64,000 nt of DNA from Dimorphilus gyrociliatus (lineage: Eukaryota; Animalia; Annelida), in NCBI GenBank assembly GCA_904063045.1, contig CAJFCJ010000028.1, positions 372,001 through 436,000 on the forward strand, written 5' to 3'. Every line of letters starts with the position of its first letter. The stretch's first letter is position 1. The notes beneath the pieces were generated by a model. It ran no database searches, was not told the origin of the DNA, and saw nothing but the letters and a program-made list of their open reading frames with translations. A program made the position numbers and the translations under genes. Positions 27,535-40,401 of this stretch are shown piece after piece.

Positions 27535-28929
27535 TTAGCTAGGTTGTTGGCGTCTTCTTTGAGTTCTTTGCTTATCAAAACGAGCCTCCATTTCATCCAA
27601 AACTCTTGGTGTAAATCTGACAACTAACTTAACCGTTCCTAGAGAAAAAAGAAATGATTATTAATTAATTACCTCTTTCTTTGTCATATATATGTATAAA
27701 TAGATAAATTATGGGAAAACAATTCATAATAAAAAACTTACCAGAGGCAGCTTTCAATAGTTCGACTGCTTTTTCGTGTGGTTCGCCTTCAACACTCTAT
27801 CAAATTACAAATTTGATTTACCTCTTGTCGTGGACAAATAATAAATTACTTACAACTCCATTTACGGATAATAGTTGATCGCCTCTTTTTAATCCACCTA
27901 TTTTATCGGCAATACCATTTGGAATGATTCTCGATATATAAATTGGTGAATTTTGTTCCTTTCCTCCCATTACATTAAATCCTAAACCTTCGTCAGTTTT
28001 CGGCAATTCGACAACTCTTGGATGAGCGTGTCCTTCAGAGGCAGCAAACGCTGCAACTGTTGCTTTAGCTGTAGCATTTGCTCGAACCTATTTCGAAGTT
28101 TAAAAATATACTTAATTATTTGATTAAGGAAAACAAAATAAAATCAACCTCCGGGCTAGCGTGAACGTCTACCGTTTCGTAAACATTCTCGTAAACCTCT
28201 CGAACAGCGTGGAGAAAATCACTTTGTAGTACTTTTTGAAGGGCAGCTAACTTGGGACTCGCAACTTCGGCTATATTTTTAAAAAGAAGAAAGGCGGAAA
28301 ATTAGAAAAATATAACAGTGAATATATAGTAAATATAACGTTTAACGTTAGCTTTCAGTTTCTATGACGGTATGTGAATAGTAACAGCTACTCTACTTTT
28401 AAGTCGATCAATTAGCCTCTGACAAAGTTAATAAACGTGCCTAGAATATATTAAATTATTGTAGACTCTGAAACGGGATTAACTATGGAAAGACCCCCGA
28501 AATGAGAACTGCACGCTTCAATCGTCATATGAAATGATAGTAATTTACAATTTTCGATTTTTTTACCCGGACCATTTCTCAATAAAACTACTACAACAAG
28601 TAATACTTACTCTTTTGCAACTGTTCCAGTAATTCTACTGCTCTTGCAACATCTGGAAAAAAAACACATATATTTTAGATTCTTTTCAGTATACTGTGAT
28701 TTAACATGGCAATTAGTCAACAGATATAGAACGAGTTCGTAGTAAGCCATTGAGACTAGGTGAAAAAATAGATAACCTATTCGAAAATATACGAATTATT
28801 AATTCGTCCAGATTATACAACTAATGATGAATGTAAAAGAAATTTTAAAGATAACAAATTTCAATTGTAAAATGATAAGATCATACCTTTTTCCAAATTT
28901 AGAGACGGTTCACCTACAGTAGACGCCAT
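27535..28929 (-). CDS. LIN7: Protein lin-7 homolog (Veli/MALS; L27 + PDZ)
   Basis: [27 protein letters not shown]...[21 protein letters not shown]...[52 protein letters not shown]...[12 protein letters not shown]. Confidence 0.96.
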
Positions 28930-29093
28930 GTTGTAAACAAGTGATCACGTGGATTTCCAATTATAGAAAAACTGGTAAACTTAGAAAAACACTCGATGCG
29001 GGGCTTATAGTCGAAAAAATTGTTCATTATAAGTTATCGAACTATAAAAACTAATCAGTTTTCAAATATTATTTGTAAAAATAAATATTAAAA
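28930..29093. promoter_or_regulatory. Putative bidirectional promoter LIN7/GPR89
   Basis: Only 164 nt separate the divergent ATGs. Contains an E-box CACGTG at 28945-28950. Confidence 0.55.
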
Positions 29094-31367
29094 ATGTCAT
29101 TAATCCTTGATTCATGTATCATTCTTTTCTCTTTGGTTGGTACAAAATCAATCTAATGATATCTCTCTTCAATATCGTGTATCAAATAATTTAAAAATCT
29201 ATTTTCAGTCGTTATTCTTTGGCGGTGGTTGGGTTTTTTTCCTAAAGCAACTTTTCCGCGATTATGAGGTTAATATATAGTTTATTAAAAAAGAAAACAA
29301 TTGTTCAACTAACAGTATGAACTTTCATTATTCTCAATTCTAGGTTCATCATTGGGTAGTATTACTAGTCTTCTCAATAACTTTCGCCCTATCATGTACT
29401 ATGTTTGAGCTCATTATATTTGAAATTTTGGGCTTTCTAAATTCGAAGTAAGTATTATTAAAAATTTGTGAAAAAATAATAAACTTTTTAGCTATTTCAT
29501 TAATATGTTTGTGTTTGATATTATTTGAACAGTTCAAGATTCTTCTTTTGGAAATTAATACTTTTCTGCATGTTAGTAATAGTAATAGCAGTTCTACCGT
29601 TCTATATAGCCTATTTTATAGTTGGAAACATTCCATTAGGTTATTTTCTTAAATAGATAAAGTAAAACCTATTAAATTAAATTTTTGTTATTTTTACAAA
29701 CAGTACCAAGAAAACGAAGAACCAAAGTAGCTTTAGCTGTTTTTTGTTGGCTAGCTTTTATCTATTTCTTTTGGAAATTAGGTGATCCTTTTCCAATACA
29801 TAGTCCAAAACATGGTAAAATACAATATACAGTATATATACAATAAATATGTATATATATATTTATATATATATATTTTACATTTAATAATGAATATCAA
29901 ATTATATCTTCAGGGATAATATCAATAGAGCAATGTATTGGTCGTGTAGGTGTTGTTGGTGTAACATTAATGGCTATACTATCTGGTTTCGGTGCTGTAA
30001 ATTGTCCGTATACTTATATGTCATATTTTGTCAGGTATAGTTGTACAACTTAGTAATTCTATGCCTTATTTCCTAAGGTCTTTTGAACTTGATTTTTATT
30101 TTATTTCTATCTTTTAGACAAGTAAGTAATACTGATATTCAGAGTGTTGAGAAAAGAATTATGCAAACTATGGATATGATATTAATGAAGAAAAAGAGGT
30201 ATATACTAATATTATATACTTTATATATGTAATTGCATTGACTAACTATCTAACCCTTAATTTAATATTTAAGGATTGCGTTAGAAAAGAGAGAAAATAT
30301 GAGACGATCGGCTGTTTCACAAGAAAGAAGAGGATTTTGGAGTATGATAAAGCAAGTAACTTCATCGCAAAATAACGAAAGTATGTGACAAGATTCAGTT
30401 AAAAGGAATGCAATAATAATCAAAATGATCTATATACAGTATATACATATTTCCTTTTATTATTATCTAGATATAAAAATTCTTAAGCAAGAAGCAGAAG
30501 CATTAGAAGAATTAAGTAGGCAACTTTTTCTGGAGTCAGTCGATTTACATAACGAACAAGAACGAATTCAGTATTCGACAACATTTAAAGGGAGATATTT
30601 TAATATATTAGGCCATTTCTTCTCTATATATTGTTGTTGGAAAATATTCATGGCCACAATAAATATTGTATTTGACCGTGTTGGAAAAGTTGACCCTGTA
30701 ACGAGGGGTATTGAAATTGCTGTTAATTATTTTGCCATTCAATTCGACGTAAAATTTTGGTCGCAACAAATTTCTTTCGTTCTCGTTGGAATAATTGTAG
30801 TAACGTCTATTCGAGGTTTATTAATAACTTTAACAAAGGTTGGTCTTTATATCTCATTCATTTATCAGATTAAAATATAATATACTATATAGACAATAAA
30901 TATTTGCTAATGTAATTCTCTTTTTAAAGTTTTTTTATGCAATTGCAAGTAGTAAATCATCGAACGTGATTGTTTTAGCTCTGGCTCAAATAATGGTAAT
31001 TAATTTTTTATTCATATTAAATAATATCAACTTTTTTAGAATAATTAGCATATTGAATAAATTTCATTAATTAAACATAAAATAAATAAACAACAGGGCA
31101 TGTATTTTGTATCGTGCGTTCTTCTTATGAGAATGAATATGCCTTTGGAATATAGGTAAATATATATATACGCCTAACTTAATGATTAATCCTTGATATT
31201 CTAAATATTTTTTCCATAGAATAATTATAACTCAAGTATTGGGGGATTTACAATTTAACTTCTATCACCGGTGGTTTGATGTGATATTCTTAGTTAGTGC
31301 TCTAAGCAGTATAGCATTCTTATATATAGCTCATAAACAAGCACCAAGTTCTAATATTTCAAACTGA
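29094..31367 (+). CDS. GPR89: Golgi pH regulator GPR89 (GPHR), multi-exon
   Basis: [10 protein letters not shown]...[18 protein letters not shown]...[13 protein letters not shown]...[14 protein letters not shown]...[17 protein letters not shown]...[12 protein letters not shown]...[21 protein letters not shown]. Confidence 0.96.
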
Positions 31368-31829
31368 TAACATTTTAATATATATATATATATTTATTTA
31401 ATAAAATAAATATTGTTGAACAAAGAAAAGAAAAAAACTTCAGTTATTTTAATCTTAGTATTACTATTTTAAATAAATAAAAAAGAATATTCATATACAA
31501 TATCAACTTTGTATAAGTGTTTTACTTTTTTTTCGAAATATCAATGTAAAAGTATTGTAAATTTGAAATTTTTTTTATCAGCTACATAATCCTTTTTTAA
31601 AATATTTCATACTACTTTTCATTTATTCTCTATTCTACTAAAATTTTGATTTCACTAACAAACTTTAAAAAGGAAACAGCTGACAAAGCGGATATTGTGT
31701 ATAGTCGATTTCGTAAGCGGAAGTGGAAATAAACATTCACTGTACTGAATTTAGTTCCAGTGACGAATTCATTATATTTTGTCATTGGAACATTTTTTAT
31801 TCGTAGTTTCGATTAGATTATTAATAATA

Positions 31830-34144
31830 ATGGACTTTGACGAAATAATGAGGGCGGCTCAGGAAAAAAGTCGCCTTCTAGATAAGGTAATACATCCAGG
31901 GTTTTAAATTTGCCTATTATCGCCCATGAAAATTTTTTACATAGATCTCATACGGTCTATCGATTTACTATAAAAATTACTTGAGTTTAAAAGTAGATAA
32001 TTATTGATATTTCTAAAGAGATCTTCATATTTAAATTTAAAATATTTGTTTTTTTGTTTTGTTGTTTTTGTTTTATTCAATATTGCTATTGTTTTCTTTT
32101 ACAGACAAAGGTTGATAAAAACACGCAGCGGGACAGAGTTTTGAAAAACTTGCAAAGAGATGAACGTTTACGAAAGCAGAAGGACACAAACTGTAAGTAG
32201 ATAGCAAAATTGTTGCATTATTAAATATAAATCGAATCTTTATATAAAGCTGAGGAGAAAGCTGAACGTAAAAGAAAAATTATGGAAAAAGTGAATAAAG
32301 ATCTTTCTAATCACCAAAGTAATGATGGAAAGAGCAAAAAGTCTTTGGAAAGGAGGGCTCATAATAACAAGTCCAAACCTATGACTGATGCTGAAATAAG
32401 AGAGCATCGACTTGCTCTGCAAGAAAAAGCTCGAAAAGTGCTACACAAACCGTTAAACAAGCTTTCAGCCACTGAACCAAGGCAGACAACAACTCTTAAA
32501 GATTCCACCTCTAGACCTGCCAGAAGTGATTTGATTCCTGCATCCCAGCTGGGCTTGAAACCTTTGTCGCAAAAGATGGAAGACATTTTAGCTGCAAAGA
32601 ATAATATTAATTATACAACAAGAGTTATATCAAGTGACAATAAAAGTGAAAAAAAGAAGCATAAGAAGAAGAAAAAAGAGAGAGATGAATCACGTTCTAA
32701 AAGAAAAGAAAAAGTCGCAGAACCTGTGTCAAAAAAACCCAAATTAGTTAAACATTCCGTTAGACAGGCTAATATGAAACCACTGAGTTTTGATGAAATA
32801 ATAAAGCAGGCTAATGATAATAAAGGTTTGATACTATTTTATCGATCAACTAGATCTAGTTTTATTTGCTGTACTATATAAAAACAAAGACAATTTTTCC
32901 CCACAGATAAGGTTGTTGATTGGAAAAAAATAGAGTTGGAACAAAAACAGCGGAAACAGGCTATAGAAAAGCAAAAAGAAATTGATAGAAGAGAAAAGTT
33001 AAGAATTTTAGTGCCTGAAAAGAGTCCTAGAAAAAATTCGAGAGCAGTACCACCACAACCCCCATCAAGTGAGTTCTTTTTGTTTTTTTTGATAGAAAAG
33101 CTTGGATTTATTATTTCTTTCTTTACGCACGTCTTATAAATAAATATCAATGAAAAAGGCGGAAAATAAACTTCTTGATAAAAGCGAAATAACTTATTTT
33201 TAATCTCCCTCAGGATCAGCCGTAAAGCCAGCAGTCCCTCACCAATCCAGAGCTTCAACTGTTCAAACGCAATCTGTTTCTAGATCGTCTATTAATCAAA
33301 AACTGGTCGAGAAGAAAAAAGAGAGAAAACCTTCACCGGTACCTGTACCAAAAATACCTAAGGAACTTTATAATTCCGACTATGGCTATGAAGAAGAGTA
33401 CGATGATGAAATGAATGATTTTATTGACGACGACTATGGTGATGGAGTAAATTCAAATGAAATATGGAAAATTTTTGGTTTAAATAAAAAAAAATATGAC
33501 AGAGTAAATGATTTCGATGACATTGACAATATGGAGTCAAATTTTGGAGAAATTGACGCAGAAGAGAGACGATCGTGAGTTAAAATTCTTTTTTAATTGC
33601 AAAACTATCGACTAGATGGCTCCCATGTAGCCAGAAGGATTGGTTTAAAATTACTCTAACATCTGATAAGAGATGAATTTGCGATTATATGCTCTTTTTA
33701 GCACGTCACTTGGTTTTATGTAGGAAAAACTCGTATCTACTCTGAAATGCATACAAACAGTATCTTGTTTTTAATGCAACTTTGCTTATGTTTTCCTCTA
33801 TAATCGGTATTCGAAAAGTGCATAAACGCACGAATCGACCTTTCAACAGTAGTGCTAGCCTTCAAAGGACCGCTAAACCACTTGTAATATAGTATATCTT
33901 TTTAAAAGGTTAAGTTAGCCTTTGTTGTGTAATAGTAAATTTATAACCATCTTAAGTATGAAACTAGAGTAGGAAAATCAGAAATGGCATTTTAAAGACT
34001 AGAGAATAAAATTAGATTTACATTGAATATGTTTTATTTTCCTTTAGAGCAAAGATTGGAAAGCGTGAAGATTTAGAAGATATTCGACGTGAAGAAGAGG
34101 AAAAAAAGAGAAAGAGAGAGCGATTGAAAAAGAAAAAATTCTAA
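31830..34144 (+). CDS. SPT2: SPT2 homolog (SPTY2D1-like histone chaperone), multi-exon
   Basis: Starts MDFDEIMRAAQ; long Lys/Ser-rich middle; C-terminal SPT2-type motif YDDEMNDFIDDD...EIWKIFG...MESNFGEIDAEERRSAKIGKREDLED. Confidence 0.85.
33613..33758 (+). ncRNA. Candidate intronic H/ACA snoRNA (unverified)
   Basis: Stem AGATG(33614-18)/CATCT(33660-64), then ANANNA box ATAAGA (33666-71), second stem ATGAATTT/AAATGCAT, then ACA (33753-55). Lies in the 473-nt last SPT2 intron. Folded by eye only; no target identified. Confidence 0.25.
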
Positions 34145-35942
34145 TTTTTATACTTTTTAATTTTTTACCTGAAAGTGTAAAAAATTCACTGGCACAAGCA
34201 AAAAAAGATAATAAAAGACAAGAAGAGAAATTGGGTAAAAAAAAGGGTTATAGGAAAAATATAGAATTCGTAGTTTAATACGAGGGTTGAATAAAGAAAA
34301 AAAAAAATTTTATCGTTTACTATTTGTTGAGGAAGTTGTATTACCAAAAGTAAAAAGAGCACTAAAAGAAAAAAAATAAAATACCATTTCCCAGCCGTTA
34401 AAAGTAATATAGATAAAATTTGTTGAAAGAATATGCTTGTATTATTTTTATAGGTCTTTTCAAGGTATTGAAAAAAACAGTAAATTTCTGTTTTGCATAT
34501 TAACACGTAACTTGACTGATTCACCTCAATCTATCAATAGTCCACTCAGAGTCCATTAACTTAGACTCTTTCCATTTCCTACTTTTTTAAGTCGATAATA
34601 TCAATGAAATATGCTGGAAATGATACTTCATATAAGAATTATAAAGTTTGCTTTTAAAAGTAGGTTAAATAAACAAACCGCCAATTGAGTTAAATATTCT
34701 CAATGCAAACTTTGTACCGAGTCGCTTTATTCGCTAAGACGATTTTTACGGGGTAAGAAAAAGCCTCAAGTGAATTAACGACGTATAACAGAACGCATTC
34801 TGTATAAATAAAACGCCTCTTGAGATTTTAACAAACAGATTTATTACAGGCAGCTGTGCGATATTCCGACCCATAAAGACGAATAGGTTCATTTCTACCT
34901 TTATAGCCCGATTATACAAATTGCAAACTATTAAATATCATGATTAGAATTGTGTTTTTCTTTTTATTCTTTCAACTTCAAAGTATTTTTCTTTGTCTCT
35001 TCAAACAAAAACGAAATTAAGAATAAAAACATTTCTAGTAATTTATATATATATATATAGAACATATTTGTTTTGTTTTTCCCTTATATTTATGCAGAGA
35101 GAATAGTTCAATAAATCAAAATTCTTTTCCTTTCAATGAGTACATGTTCACACAATTTAAAACAGGTATAATTAACAATTATGAATATTCATAATTAAAG
35201 ATTGTATAATTTATATTTCTTTGATACTTGTGTCCTTTTATTTTTTTGTTCTGTAACTGTTATTTTATTTTACAGTATCTTAATCAAGAAGCTCAGTTCT
35301 ACTTTAAATAATGTTGTTACTTAGAAATTTCCGTCTCTAATCTAGCGTATAATAATTTAATAAATTATCTCTTAATTGATTATTTATTATTTCCTGAAGG
35401 TACGAATAAAGAATTCAAAATAGTAGCAATATTTAACCATAATTTCTCATCTCCCATGTCACTTTTTAAACTCGTCCTCCCTCCCCCCCGACATCACTTC
35501 CCTCCCCCTTTTAACCTAAAAATTTCCACCCATATTCTATATCATCTGTCTGGTTGGCTGGCTAGCTGACTGGACTGGCTGTCTATCAGTCTGTCCATCG
35601 TTTCTTCGCTTAATTCCCTTTTCTCTCTTTTTTCCCCCTGAATTAATAATAGTTTTCTTTCTATTTTATTAAAAGGCTTTTTATGGTTATTCTATTTTTC
35701 TATACCTCAGCGATTACATTGATATTATTATTAATAATTCGTAGTAGTAGTAAAGGATACAGTTTATAGCGATAAAGTTATATAATAGAGATTGAATTAT
35801 AATCTTTTTTTAACCTAATCAAATAGAATGAGAAAAAAAGGAAAAAACGAAATTCGTCTAGGTCCATTGCAGTTTAACTAGTTACAGCAGCAGTAAGAGT
35901 TAAAATTTCTTAGGTAGGCCTAAGGCATTTGGGTTTTTTTCC

Positions 35943-37228
35943 CTAAGTGTCAGAAATCTCATCGGTAACGTCTTCTGAAGTAATAGAGCATCTATAGGTT
36001 TTTTCCTGATCTAGAAGTATAATTTCTATGTATAGATTTCCTGTGGGTCCTAGTGATGCTTTAACGCTCTTGGCCTTCATATATGATGGGAGACGTATAT
36101 CTCTTTTTATATTTCGTAATATTCGATTTTTGTCACCGTATTGGCCGGCTCTTTCTTCGTAAGCCGCTCTTACAGCAATTATTCCTGGATCATTCTCGTC
36201 TATAAAAACGTTAACGTCGTCTGGCGTGAATTCCCTTCCCAAGGTTGTACTAACTCTTATTTTCCTTGTTCCATCTGGATCAGTAATAATAGGATGAACA
36301 CCTGGCTTATTCTGTTGTAATGATCTGCTGAAGTAGAAATAACAAAAATAAATGTTACTTCTTAGAAAAATTCTTTTCTCATAACCTCAAAAACTATGAA
36401 AAGGAATTTAAATGGGAAATTTACAACAAGAATAATGGGAAACGATATGAATTATCTTTGTAATAAAAACAAACCCGTACAGCGAATTGGTAATTATATA
36501 GGCCTACTTTATTTACAGCAACCAAACCAACGTGTGAAAAGTCAGTATGATATCCTTATCAAATAGAATTATTCTCTTTATGTACATTTTGCTTTTACTT
36601 TAATACTAAACGAAAAGAAAAGAGAAGAAAGTGTTTGTTTTATTGATAGTACAAACCTTGGTGGAAGGTGAAAGGGCATTTCTATGATAAGGAAACCCTT
36701 ATCATTAATTGTTGTTCTCATGAGTTTATCGTCAACGTGAGAGGGTAAATCAAGAGTTCTAAGCATTGTTTTTACGAATGCTCTATCATCTTTCTCTTCC
36801 CTATGTTTTGCTTCTAAATGCAATTTATCACCCTCGATTCTTAAGGTAATATCTTTTTTATCGAAAGAATTTACATCAAAAATCGCCTTGAAAACTGGTA
36901 GTCCGTTATCATCGTCGATAAATGCTTTATCACTGTCCGCTTCTTGAGACGGTTTTATAACAAGAAAATCCGACATATCCTCTAATTCTTTTTGCCATTC
37001 GAGGCGCGTCTCCTCCAATTCCTTTTCTTCAAATTCTTTGTTGTTAGGCCTAGTCTCACTGAGTTTGATGCCCTTCGTTTTGTTGGCAGATGAGAGAATC
37101 TTTCTGAATACTGACTGTAAAACGATTGATTGTCTTAAAAGTAGTCTCTCTTAAAAGTATACATTATGTATTGTTAAACTATATCTATAAATAAACAAAT
37201 ACAGTACGTGTATATTCTAATATATATA

Positions 37229-37266
<38 letters not shown>

Positions 37267-38213
37267 CAATATATAGGTTTAACCATGAAGACTAATGCGA
37301 ATGAATAATGAATATAAAAGAAATGACGCAGATAAGAATTATTAAGCAATATTTATAAATAAAGTCTTACAAATGAAAGTCTTAAGAGATAATCTGATCT
37401 TTCGTAATTAAATTATACGGTTAGAATATCGATGGAGTAAACACAATAGTGTCAGCAGTTTTTTTCTTTTTCTTTTTTTTTTGACTTTGGCAGCAAAAAT
37501 TTTTCAGTTTTTCCTTTTTTGACATTTTGACATATTTTTTTTTTGGTTATTTTTCCTTTCCTCTCTCTTCCTCTCTTAATATTTTCATTTAATTCATTTT
37601 TAATAATTCTTTCTCTATCCTTTTTCTTCTCTCTTTCATTAATTCTTACTTTATATATGTATTTACATTATCTAAATTCTGTATAAAATTCTATACTAAT
37701 TGATAAGGAAAATGTTACTTAAAGGGATTTAAATTGACGTAGAACGATGGAAACAATTTGCCTTTAGGACTGGAAGAAAAGAAAATAAACATAATAGACA
37801 ACTAAATAGTGTACTAAATATGATACTTTAATAAGAATATTAAGAAGGATTTAAGCGGTAAGAAAAAAAAAATTAATTAAAAACCGACAGTGCATGCCTA
37901 ATTGTACCCACATGGGTAATTTTTTCAATTCTTTACTGCTCCACACCGCCAATGACCATCCATTAATCAAAATCAAGGCCTTGTAGATCTTATCACTAAC
38001 GACAAATTACTAATTTTTTGTAAGAAATATAACGGTAAAGCTTACAAAGGAAGCAATCACCATTCGTATTTTCAAATAGGGATATCGTGGATAATACATA
38101 TATATATATATATATAGATTAGGGAATTTAGAGATCCCACCCTACGTTACGTACACATATACTACATGAAATGTTGTACAAAGAAAGAATAACAAAAACT
38201 CTAGACTCACCAT
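35943..38213 (-). CDS. Small heat-shock protein with two alpha-crystallin domains (p40/Tsp36-like); exons 38211-38213 (ATG only), 36657-37114, 35943-36327
   Basis: Domain 1 FKAIFDVNSFDKKDITLRIEGDKLHLEAKH...RTLDLPSHVD...GFLIIEMP; domain 2 GREFTPDDVNV...IAVRAAY...RDIRLP...ASLGPTGNLYIEI. ATG|GTGAGT donor splices in phase 0 to exon 2. The ATG-only exon is the least certain part. Confidence 0.78.
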
Positions 38214-39752
38214 GTTTGTAGAAACAGCATTGATCGTTTAAATTTTTTCTCTTCTCTCGTTTATTCACTGACTTTTTTTCTCTCTCTCTCTCTCTCTCTC
38301 TCTTGCTTTCTCTTTCTCGCTCTATCTTTCTCTCCGCTTTTTACTCGCTCTCTGGCTCTCTCTCACTCCTCACTCTCCCCCTCTCTCTTTCTCTTGTTTT
38401 CAATACACTGATCCGTTGTCTATATTATCTGCCTGCAGATAAAAATCATTTAATATGTAAATATCGTCGATAAAATCAAAACATACCTTGGAGGCAGCTG
38501 TCTTTTAGCAAAGTGACATATTATATAGGAAATTTTTGGCCAAATCGATAGAAATTTTTACAGAGAGAAACCAATGCCCCTACAGTATAAAGTGCGGTTG
38601 GTGCCTGCGCCACCACGTGTCGGCCTATAACAAGTGCATAATTTATCATGATTTTAAGCCAGATAATACTGATACAGATGACATTTATTTCGTGCATATG
38701 ATTTTTTTAATTTGATTAATTAGACAGTCATTTTGTCGTCTTTAACGTTCTTAAATAACTTTTACCATATCCGGAGAGCAATTAATACTCTAGTCCCACG
38801 TTATACAAAAATTTATGTCCTTTATCTTATTTGTAAAACAATTATTCTTTATTTAAGGATGGAATTGTTAAATAAATGGAGTCTTTTTTTTATAGCTTTC
38901 TAGTTTTTTAAATTGAAATAAACTGAACTATAAATAGAAGAAGAAAAAACCATTGTAAAAAAAAGGAGAAAGAAATATACTGTATGTCCTAATTAGCTTT
39001 GGTTAGTCAATCAAAATTAATTGACTTATATTCTCTTAAATAAAAGATAAGAAAGTAGATTTTATTGTCTTTAATAAGAGGATAGTTAATAAGGAGAGAA
39101 AAACTATATGGTCATAAGAAAAGGAAAGATCTATCTTCGGCCGGTAAACATAACCCAATAGCTGGTTAGTTAGACTAATTTTAAATGAGAAATAAGTCTC
39201 TTAAATATCATATAAATAACGATTTATAGGAATTTTTATAGGAAATCCAGAAATTTAAATAACCTAGCATACTATTCGTAACGATAGAAAGAAAGAAAGG
39301 AAGAAAAAATCCAATATCTGATTTCTTTAATCTTCCAATAATAATTGCCTTAAGCCACCAGAGTTGTTTTCCCGTGATAAATAAAGAATTTAAAATATTT
39401 TGGTACATAGAATAATTAAAAGAAAATATATAGTATAGATATAAACAATATAGTATATGTATATATTTCGTGTATAAAACTGGTGTAAATATTATTGTGC
39501 TAATTGTTTTCTTTTACTGAAATTTTATATCAATAATATCATTCTTTCTCTCTTTTCCTTATTAAATTAAAATACGAAAATACATAAATTAGCTTCTTTT
39601 CTTCTTCTTTATAGATTCTTTACTAGAAATGTGTAAATCATGTTAAAAAAAAGACACTTAATCTTTTAAAATCTATAAATACTTGTCATTCTTTTAAAAA
39701 ATAATCCATTGTAAAGGTTTACCAATATATAGTATATTTATAAATATATACA

Positions 39753-39792
<40 letters not shown>

Positions 39793-40401
39793 TAATAGTA
39801 ACACGTTACAGACACTGGTTGATACGAATATTTCAACTTTTTCTCTTTCTTTTTTAAGTTATTTTGCTGATTGATTTGAACAAGAATTTTATACAATTTA
39901 CCACAAAATACACACGATATACTGCGATTTTCTATGTATATAGTCGTATGGTATAAATAGCTCAATTTAATTAGTACTGAACTTAGCCGTATTAATTATT
40001 TATGGCTAATTTGAAAGTAATATTTGAATATTGTATAGATATTCTTCTTATAGCTACGTATACTGCGGTAGGTTGAAAATTCTTTGCAAATATAACTTTT
40101 CTGTACTGGTAGTTGCGACATCTACTGGCTATTCATATCCATTGTAAATGTGTACAAGATATATTCTACTATTCTAAATAGGATATATATATATATGTAT
40201 TAGGGAACGCTATAGATGCTGACTAGCCTCGATGGATTTTTTTTATCGACTTTACGTCTCAGCAAATAAATCGTTTTGCGAGCAAATGTAAAAAAATTGG
40301 ACGGTGTATTGTAAAAGTGATAAATAACGCAAAAGCTATTTAAATCTACATCATCTTCTCTCTATTCTTATGTCATTTATCTCCATGAATTCGACAAAAG
40401 T

